Shown here one piece after another: positions 51,925 through 62,500 of a DNA stretch of 64,000 nt. The position numbers and the translations under genes were made by a program. The notes beneath the pieces were generated by a model. That model was not told the origin of the DNA, did not search any database, and saw only the letters and a program-made list of their open reading frames with translations. Source of the stretch: Oculina patagonica (Eukaryota); NCBI RefSeq assembly GCF_052425735.1, contig NC_135759.1, forward strand, positions 33,170,001 through 33,234,000, read 5' to 3'. Within the stretch, counting starts at the first letter, position 1. Each line of letters starts with the position of its first letter.

Positions 51925-53503
51925 GCGCCACTTTCTCAGCCAATCAGAAGTAAAACTAAAACCAATCATGACGCGCTCGCGCATGTTTTCCCGCGCTTCG
52001 TGCCGGCTACTTGTATTTGCTTCGAGTTTTGATTGGTTTACTGGATTGTCTGTGTTCTTTGTGATCGGCCAGAGTAATTACTTTGGTTTTGGTTTTACGA
52101 CACTCAAGTGAAATCTGCTCTAATAGTCACTACTTATGAATACCTATTCAATTTCTCCTTACCTCGTCTAGTTGGCCTTCTGTATCGGAGACGCCTTCCT
52201 CTACGCCACTTCCCGCGCCAACGAATTTGTCCACGTCTTCCTTTCCTCCTCACCGAAAGTCTTCGTCCCTTGTATTTTGTAAACCATGAGAATCGACGAG
52301 TTACAGGCCGGAACTTGCGCCCGATTTTCACAAAGAAACGATTTCCGCGACGCTTCACTCCCCTGAAACGTTTGCCAAGACGTACTTGGAAGGTTTTCGG
52401 GTTTCGACGGAGCTGTCTCAAACGCTTCTTGTAACGCAGATACCACCGTCGTCCTTTATGACGAACGCGACGCCATCTTCGTTTCAGATATATTTTTAAT
52501 ATCCTTCCTCGGATTCGCATTCGACGCCACTTGCCCAAGAATTTAAATCTTAGACGTCTGCCAATCTTGCGAAGCACTCGATAACGTTTCCCGACTCTCA
52601 CACGATAGCTAGGCCTTCCTCGTCTGAGTTTTAGGAATTTTCTTCTGAAGAATATTCTGGGCCGCCTTCGTCCTTATAAAAAAAGAATAAGTTTAATTGA
52701 AAAATTAATGACGTTACATCATATATCGGCCAGAGTACATATAAATGACATAAATTGGTCTTTTTCAGTTTCCTTGGTAATCCATTTTCACAAAATACCA
52801 ACAATAATACGTATGAATAAAATGTTAAAGGGACTATGTCACGGGGATTTCGCAGATTTTTGGTCTAAACTGATCTGATATAAGTGGTAGGCAACTTAAC
52901 CCATGAAAAACATCATCTTTGAACATTTAAGTGAAGATATAACCTTCATTTGGGGATAGAAATCCAACTTCAGCTTTTAAAATCGATTTTTTTAAGGCGC
53001 GTGGAAACAAAGTAGTATGTAAGTAGTATGTACAAACTTGAAAGCGTTAGGTAACGTTTTCAAATTGCAACCCATTTCCATCCGAGCCATCCGCAGCCAA
53101 ACATGCTTTTGAATAGTTTTGTGCTCTAATATAGCAATTGTTCATGAAAATAGACCATTATTTTAAAGTTGCCTCGACACAAATATAAATTTTGGCTGTT
53201 CAAAAATCTGTTAAAATCCGTGACATAGTCCCTTTAAGTTGCCTTGTTCATAAGTTGTCGTGTTATTACATCTAGGGAAGGGGCGGAGTCAATAGAGAGA
53301 GAGGGGGTATAAAACATAAATTTCATAGGGGGCCTTTAGAAGGGGGCTTAGTATATGTCACTACAAATGAAATGGAGTGATCAATTCCTTTTGCTACATT
53401 GTTTAAAAGTGAAAACTATCGACCACTTACTTCGCCTCCTTGTGTACGTTCTTCGTCGCACTGCAAACAAAGATGTAAAAGTCCTTAGTTAACCTTCGTG
53501 GAC

Positions 53504-53534
<31 letters not shown>

Positions 53535-56500
53535 CGGAGGGACGAATTAATTGATTGCACGACTGACTGACTGACTGACTGACTGACGGCTATTTTCCAC
53601 TGATGAAGGGACAGAAGTCCCGAAACGTCTGGATTTATTTACAAAAATTAGCGCATAAACGAAACTCTANNNNNNNNNNNNNNNNNNNNNNNNNNNNNNN
53701 NNNNNNNNNNNNNNNNNNNNNNNNNNNNNNNNNNNNNNNNNNNNNNNNNNNNNNNNNNNNNNNNNNNNNNNNNNNNNNNNNNNNNNNNNNNNNNNNNNNN
53801 NNNNNNNNNNNNNNNNNNNNNNNNNNNNNNNNNNNNNNNNNNNNNNNNNNNNNNNNNNNNNTACTGGCTGACTGGCTGACTGACTGACTGGCTGGCTGAC
53901 TGACTGAATGAATGACCAGGTGGTTTTTCAACCATCAATATCCAGAAAACAATCGTGCTTCGGCTTGCATGCGGTTTTGCTAAGTGTTGTGATTGCTTCA
54001 TTGCAATAACTTTTACTTTGTGATTCTTGCGTTGGATTCCTTTGTTTTCGTTTTGTTTATTGCCGTTATTGGAGAAAACGCTTTAAAGTACAGAACCACT
54101 GTATGTTTATTCTTTAAATTTAAAATCTGGAGGTGGTCTGCTCCATCATTTGCTCTTTTGCGTCAGTTATAGCCAGTCATTTTATCAACCGAGAAAAAAG
54201 CTTTGTGCTAATTTTATTAAAACGTTGTCACTTCACTCTAAAATTACACATTTTTAATCCTAGAAACGGAAACATGACTGAGTGCACGCCTATGAAAAGG
54301 AGACAGGTGGGAGGGGTCCCCGCTACATAGCTTTGACTCGGATTAAGTTTTAAGAAAACCACTTACGTCTCATTCGTTTTCGTCTTCTGTAGCGTATCCT
54401 TCGTCTGGACAATTTTCCTTTGAACCGGAATTTGAAGAACTTTCTTCTTCCACGTCGCACTCGTCTGACAGTAATACGCCTTCCTCGGTACTTGAAGTAA
54501 CGAGAACGCCTGAATGTGAATCTCACTTTACGACGTTTGTAAGTGATGTAAAACCTGCGTCCGCGTCGTGTAACCTTCCTGTAGCTACGCCTGACGCGTA
54601 TCATAAACGTCCGCGTAGTTACCCATCGTCGTCCATAGCGCACCATCCATCTCCTTCCGCGTTGGATAACGCGGCATGTTCTTCTTCCAATGCGTACCAC
54701 CCAACGGCGTCCGCGGCGTATCGGCCGATACCATCGCCTTCGGAAGTACAGCTTCACTCTTGATGTCAATCGACCGATGCGCAATGTACGGCGTCCCCAT
54801 CTGAACCTTATCACACGTCGCCCGCGTCTTATACGGCGGACTCGTTTTCTGAATCGGATCTTTCTTCTTCGGTAGCCTGATAAAGAAAAGAGACATTAGG
54901 CACTACTTATGAACTAAGTAAGAGGGCATCATAAGAAAAACATCAGGCACTTACAAACAGAGTCTGAGGGCCTTATAGAGAAAAACTTTATGTGTTTAAT
55001 ATCCCTCATCAGGCTTGCCGATTATCTACCAGGCTTATCGATATTTGTGTTATGTAAACCGTTACCTTCACATCTTAACGCTGGTAAAAAAATAAGCTGA
55101 AATACTTACGTCTTCGACGTCGCCTTCTTCGTCGTCTTCGTCGACGGCCTGCAAATCGAGACATTTTGTTAAATAAACATAATTGGCGCAGTTGTACTTA
55201 TGATATTCTACTAAAGGACTCGATCTGCCGAGGATCATTTTCAAGTTCAGGAAACCCATTGAAATATACTGTCTAGTAACAGCCAATAGGCACTAGCCCC
55301 TGGAGTCACGTGACTTACTTTAGTCGAAGATTCAAGCGAGCATTGCAACTTCCTCGAGGAAGTTTCAATTGAATTTCCTTGTATCTGGTGCAAACTGCTA
55401 GTTAATATTGGAACGTTGTGCCTTAACCAAAACTTTTCACGGGAAAGAATATCCGATTTGGTTTTTAACCCAGAAATCTCCATTCCATTTAGCGTTCCGT
55501 TCCGCCATTCTTGGTTATTTCCCATCCCCCTTCCCCCACCAAAAGAAGTACGCTTAATAAAAATGTTAACACTCTGATGTCAGGGTCGAATAACTGCTAT
55601 AAGCATGATTCTTTTACCAAATTATTGCCTGCGAACAGGCTCCCGAGTGGGGCAGGGCGAAATCAAATACTTCGCTCGCCCTTCTCGGCTCGCTTCACTC
55701 GCTGATTTATTTTACGCCCATCTCCACCTGGGAGCCTGTTCGCAGGCTAACCAATTTCGAAATTTAATGTTAAACACTTACGCCTTGCTTTTCTTCCACG
55801 TCTTCCATATCGCCCTAGAAAAATAACATTCACGTGATTGAATATAAAGTATCTTGTTGCATGGTTCAAACCATTGATAACAACCATCTTGTCACTGACT
55901 GCATTCAAGATCGACAATGAATCAAACTTATTTTGTTTTTTTACATTATTTGGTCATGTTTTTATCAAAAACTGAATTTAGTCTAGCAGTGAAATTTTCT
56001 AATGTTGTCAAAAAAGACAAGATTTAGATAAAGTTAACCGAGATATTTTCTTGTTTGAAAAATTTCCAATGTTACTAGTTTTCATGGCAATGTGCAAAAA
56101 GCTAATAACCACACAGCCATACTCTTGTTGGCCGTTGTTCGTGTTTGCCTATCGATAAGAAACTCTTCGGCGCATAACCTTCTTCATAAGCCCGGCCACT
56201 AATAATATCATGTAATAAAATAGAAAAAAAGGAGCGATAAATCCCCAAGAAAACATTTTCTCTACTTACGCCTTCGACGCCTTCGTCGCCTTCGTCGTCT
56301 TCGACCTGAGACAAAATGTAACAAGATGTTATTAGTTGGTTAATTTATGGCAACTCTTCCATATGTGTGACGATGCTCTAATTATGGGTTAGAGACTGTT
56401 GTTGACAAATACACGCACGCGCTGGCCGCACAATGAACGAGAAATGTTCAATACTGCGCGAGGCGTAGCCGAGTGCAGTATTGAAAATTTCGAGTTCATT

Positions 56501-59500
56501 GTGAGGTCAGCAAGTGCATGTATTTGTCAACAAAACACGAACGGACAGACTCTAACCCTTTTAATATACAATCTGAGTACACTGCAAGCGATCATCGACT
56601 TAACGAACCTCAAACAATAAGCTTAATGTTTAAAAATAAGAAGTGTAGTACTACATAATTACACGGGATTACATCGATAATATTAAAATCACAAATAAGC
56701 CGTACAGAAATAAAGCTGTGCATTATAGCAAAATCACGTGATCTATTTTAACCAATTGCGCGCGTGGATTTTGGACAGTGAACGAAGATTGTATATTAAG
56801 TCATTTCAAAGCGTTGGAATGGAGACAAGAAAATGTTTTTTGCCTCAGATCAGGCTTCCCGCCCACCAAGTAAAAAATGTTTCTGCAACAAATTTGATGT
56901 TGAATTATAACGATTTAGTAGTAACAAAATAGAAATATTTTGCGCGCAACTCCGTTGGTTTTTATGACGTGTTATGGTTGCCGCTGGCCGCTGTTGTTTG
57001 GAAACAGAGGGTCTTTTGTATGAAACAACCTAGCAACTGACTATTCAAATTTAAATGCCATCATTTGTTCCATTTTATATATACGATTAGATGTTATTTC
57101 TCCCTTGTCCTGTAAAAAGATAATGTGGAAGGGTGAAAACATATGCATTTCTTAATTAATATTGTCTTAGCTTTCTTAGTCAATTCACTTTATAATTTCC
57201 CCGACACTCTGTCTATGCAACAACAACAATAACAATTGATAAAATGTTAGGTATACCGCATAATTGAGTCAACTTACGTCTGAAACGGATCCTCCTCTTT
57301 TTACCATAACGACCCTTCCAGAACAATCGTACGCCTCTTCTGCCAGTCAGCTTCGCTCTTACTCGCTTTCCACGGATGCGTATGCTGCATCGAACACGGC
57401 GACGTACACGCCTCCATCGCTTCTTTCGCCTCAGGTACCAAGTCTTCCTTCGCCGCCTGATTCGTATTCTTCGTCTTCTTAATCTCAAAGTTAGTCTGAC
57501 ACGTTTTATTCTCCTCCACTTTCGTTTTCTTTTCACAAACCACTTTCGACGGATTCTTCTGAGTCTGCACCATCTTCTTTTGATACGGACTCGCCATCGC
57601 CTGCCACGACGTATGATTCTTCTGTATTTTCTCCGGAGGTAAATTCTTATTTTTCGCCTAAACCTACGGATAGGTTTCTTTCGACGTCCGAAGAAGTATC
57701 TCCTTCTTATTATTACACGCCGTCGTTTGCCTTTGATGCGGATATATCTCTTTCCTGTATTAACCAAGAATACATTTCTTAACTATAATTGTTTATCTAA
57801 AGAAAAGAGTAAAGGACATAGGTTTGGAAAAGAATAGCTTGTGCAGGATAAATTGTTAGTAAACTGTTATGAGTGTCAACAATTGATTACAGTCAACTTT
57901 CGCCTTGCGGACACCCCGCTATTGCGGACTCTCGCTATTGCGGACGACATCCAGATTCTCGGCAAAAGGGTTTGACTGGAAATGACTCCCGTTATTTCGG
58001 ATTCTCGCTATAGCGGACACTAAACATCGCGCCGAGCGCGTCCGCTATAACGAGTGTTGACCGTAATAGGGTAAAATTGATACGATAAATTTAAATTTAC
58101 CGCCATGGCCAAATCTGACAACGAGGCCTTGTGTTAAAGGAAATTCAATGCAAAGACGGTTTGGATTGATTTATACCTGAGAGAACTTGAGCATGGAATT
58201 AATTCTCCTAAGGGTACAATAAGGGCACACTTTTATCGATACAGTTTTGTTTTTGTTTTCAGGAATTGGAAAATGTATTGTTACTTACGTCTTCGTCTTC
58301 TTACTCTCCTGCCACGCCTTCCACCTGAAACCAAATAAAAACAAAATCTCATGAGCCGAAAAACTAGAAATATGCACCTACTTGGAAGAAAATAAAATAC
58401 GCAGACAAATTGAAGAAGATGTTCTGAAGCAAAGAAGATACCCACGAGAAAAAACAGCTGTAGTTACAGCTGTCTGTAAGCTGCAACGCTGCAGATCATT
58501 GTATACTTACGCCGTCTTCGTCTTCGTCGTCGTCGTCGTCTTCGCCTTCTTCGTCTTTGTTTTCGTCTTCGGCCTACAGAAAGATAAAACAAATTCGATG
58601 AGATTGTTTCTTTGTGTAAACATGCATTTCTGTACGGTTGTGCGTATAAAGGTGTGATCGATAAAAAACTCGCAGTACTAAAGAATACCAAATTTCAAGT
58701 GTACAAGAAACAACGAATAAAAGCCACTGAAAAAAATATCGCATTGTAAAGCAAAGCATGCAGCTATAAATCTAAAAAGAATTTAATAAAGTTGTCTTCA
58801 TGAAGAATTGAAACGTTCTCTACTAAAACCTTTAAAACTGCGAGCCTTTGGCTGTTCGAACTACAGCCTTCGACGGGTAAAAATATAAAATAACAATCGG
58901 TGTGCAAAAAATTTGAATATAAAAAATCTGAATGCAAATGACCAATTGTTAAAAAGGATATTACATTGTCCGGGGAGTAGATGGGAATTCTATTCCGCGT
59001 TAGGAATTGTGTGCCAAGATTCAAGGACCTTTCGTATACAAAAACTTCTTTTGTCAATAAGTTTTATTCAGAATGTTTTTTCGCCCTGGTTTTTACCCAT
59101 CAAAGTTTGTAGATCGAACAGCCGAAAGCTCGTCATTTTTAAGGTTTTAGGCACACAACGTTTTAGAATTCTTCATCATGTTTCATCTTGGTTGTTTTCG
59201 GAAACGATACCATCGCTTCACAACTTGAAGCATCTCTTCCCGATCTCACACTCCACTTCGTTTCATAGTATAGTAAGGCTTTTCGTGTGTGTTCTAGTCA
59301 GTACCTTCTAAAAAGAGAGTAAAATGGTACTGGGATGTTGATATTAAGACAAGCCTGTGTGTCTTCCATGAACATACCCTCAACATGAGACGTTACCTAA
59401 CAATCACAGAGGCAACTGAGAAACTTTAAAAGATAATATAATGCAGAAGGGCGAAAACGTATGTATGCGTATCTTAATCATTATCTTTTACGCTTTCTTA

Positions 59501-62500
59501 GTCAATTCACTTTTCCCCACAGTATGTCAATGCAACAACAATGACATTAAAAAAGACTGATAAGATGTTACGTATACTTCATATTTAAATCAACTCACGT
59601 CTGATACGGATCCTCCTCTTTTTACCATAACGACCCTTCCTGAACAATCGTACGCCTCTCCTGCCAGTCAGCTTCGCTCTTACTCGCTTTCCACGGATGC
59701 GTATGCTGCATCGAACACGGCGACGTACACGCCTCCATCGCTTCTTTCGCCTCAGGTACCAAGTCTTCCTTCGCCTCCTGATTCGTATTCTTCGTCTTCT
59801 TAATCTCAAAGTTAGTCTTACACGTTTTATTCTCCTCCACCTTCGTTTTCTTTTTACAAACCACTTTCGACGGATTCTTCTGAGTCTGCACCATCTTCTT
59901 TTGATACGGACTCGCCATCGCCTGCCACGACGTATTATTCTTCTGTATTTTCCCCGGAGGTAAATTCTTATTTTTCGCCTAAACCTACGGATAGGTTTCT
60001 TTCGACGTCCGAAGAAGTATCTCCTTCTTATTATTACACGCCGTCGTTTGCCTTTGATGCGGATATATCTCTTTCCTGTATTAACCAAGAATACATTTCT
60101 TAACTATAATTGTTTATCTAAAGAAAAGAGTAAAGGAGACAGGTTTGGAAAAGAATAGCTTGTGCAGGCTAAATTGTTAGTAAACTGTTATGCGTGTCAA
60201 CAATTGATTACAGTCAACTTTCGCCTTGCGGACACCCCGCTATTGCGGACTCTCGCTATTGCGGACGACATCCAGATCCCGGGCAAAAGAGGTTTGACTG
60301 GAAATGACTCTCGCTATTTCGGACTCTCGCTGTAGCGGACACTAAACAAAGGCCTTGTGTTAAAGGAAATTCAATGCAAAGACGGCTTGGATTGATTTAT
60401 ACCCGAGAGAACTTGAGCATGGAATTAATTCTCCTAAGGGTACAATAAGGGCACTTTTTTTTTCGATACAGTTTTGTTTTTGTTTTCAGGAATTGGAAAA
60501 TGTATTGTTACTTACGTCTTCGTCGTCTTACTCTTCTGCCACGCCTTCCACCTGAAACCAAATAAAAACAAAATCTCATGAGCCGAAAAACTAGAAATAT
60601 GCACCTACTTGGAAGAAAATAAAGTACGCAGACAAATTGAAGAAGATGTTCTGAAGCAAAGAAGATACCCACGAGAAAAAACAGCAGGTTCCGTCATTCA
60701 AACCGCATTCTTTTTATCAACTAGCTAAACGTCTGGTCATCTCGGCGACCGCTTCATTCATCAGTGTTCATACGATATTATTTTGGTGGCCCACGCATTT
60801 TGGGTATCGAAGATCCGTACGAAAATGTACTTCGCTTTGCTTTAGTTACAGCTGTCTGTAAGCTGCAACGTTGCAGATCATTGTATACTTACGCCGTCTT
60901 CGTCTTCGTCGTCGACGTCGTCGCCTTTCGTCGTCGTCGTCGTCTTCGCCTTCTTCGTCTTCGTTTTCGTCTTCGGCCTACAGAAAGATAAACCAAAATC
61001 GATGAGAATGTTTCTTTGTGTGAATAGCATCTCTGTACGGTTGTGCGTATAAAGGTGTGATCGATAGAAAACTCGCAGTACTAAAGAATACCAAATTTCA
61101 AGTGTACAAGAAACAACGAATAAAAGCCACTGAAAAAAGATATCGCACTGTAAAGCAAAGCATGCAGTTTATAAATCTAACAGGAAGTTAATAAAGTTGT
61201 CTTCATGAAGAATTGAAACATTCTCTACTAAAAACTTTAAAACTGCGAGCCTTTGGCTGTTCGAACTACAGCCTTCGAAGGGTAAAAATATAAAATAACA
61301 ATGGGTGAGAAAAAATTTAAATATAAAAATTCTGAATGGAAATGACCATTTGTTAAAAAGGATATTACATTGTCCGGGGAGTAGATGGTAATACTATTCC
61401 GCGTTAGGAATTGTGTGCCAAGATTCAAGGACCTTTCGTATACGAAAACCTCTTTTGTCAATAAGTTTTATGCAGAATGTTTTTTCGCCCTGGTTTTTAC
61501 CCATCAAAGTTTGTAGATCGAACAGCCTAAAGCTCGTCATTTTTAAGGTTTTAGGCACACAACGTTTTAGAATTCTTCATCATGTTTCATCTTGGTTGTT
61601 TTCGGAAACGATACCATCCTTCACATCTTCGCTCTACCCCTTTACTTGCAACAACAGAAACATTAACTGTTGGTTGTTATATTATGGAGCGCGCTTCGAA
61701 CACAAGGAGATGTTGTATTTTATCCTTGTTCCTGGCGGTAACGCTGAATGAAACATATATTTTAATAAAAGCTTATTTCTTACCAGAGATTGCAAATCTG
61801 CCGTCTCCTCAATTGTAAGCAAGTACTGTACAGAAAAAAAAAATAGTTGTCTCTTTACCTTTTACGCGGCGTTTCCTCCCATATCGCACACGCCTGCCTC
61901 TCGACCACTTTCGTTGGAATCTAATCTGGAACCGCCTTCCTCTTCTCCTTACTACAAGTTTTCGTCCACTATAACGCATGTAATAAAATCGTCGACGTCT
62001 TACAGAGATCCATCTCTTACCGAGCCGAATATAATTTCTCTTTCCTCGACGTTTCACGTATCTCCATTTTCGAAGGAACCGTATTTGGTACTTAGACGTT
62101 CTGCTGAAGACAGGCCACTTTCGGCCGCGATAGATGACGCGGTACACCCGACCGTACCGTCTTACGCGGAGCCACACCCGACCGTATTTCAAGTACCAAA
62201 TGCCGCGTCTACGTTTTAATGGTCTCCAACCTCTCAAGAAGTACACTCGGGATCGTCTTCCACGGCGTCGGATGCGGTAGCGTCGTTTTCTGTAACGAAC
62301 GTACCATCGCCTTCTCCCTGATCTCACGCGTCGGCGTTTACCGCGGAACAGAAGTCTGCGACCACGCCATCCTAGGGAGTTAAAACAATTTCTTGTTAAA
62401 TTTCACGTGTGCTGTGGTTCAACCTTGGATTGGACAGGCTCTTTCTTGCATAGTATATTAAATAAGAGACATCTTTATCCGCCGTAATTTTGCATTTATT

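Noticed and set aside
53603-54001. ORFs containing X runs
   Set aside because: Artefacts of translating through the N gap and microsatellites.
55068-56314. Asp/Glu-rich readings of micro-exons (VDEDDEEGDVED, VEDDEGDEGVEG) as a coral acid-rich biomineralisation protein
   Set aside because: These are a shifted frame of CGA/AGA runs. Phase continuity with the neighbouring large exons forces the Arg frame.
57755-57796. Upstream acceptor (TTTCTTTAG near 57797) for exon 57278-57754
   Set aside because: It would bring in an in-frame TAG. The acceptor at 57755 (TAATACAG) gives a 477-nt in-frame exon.
18464-62327. A tandem cluster of about 30 independent single-exon protamine-like genes
   Set aside because: ORF starts are mostly non-ATG or lie in intron-like sequence, and the stops mostly fall within or just after GT donors. 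Each block has an AG acceptor and a phase-matched donor, which indicates exons of one gene.
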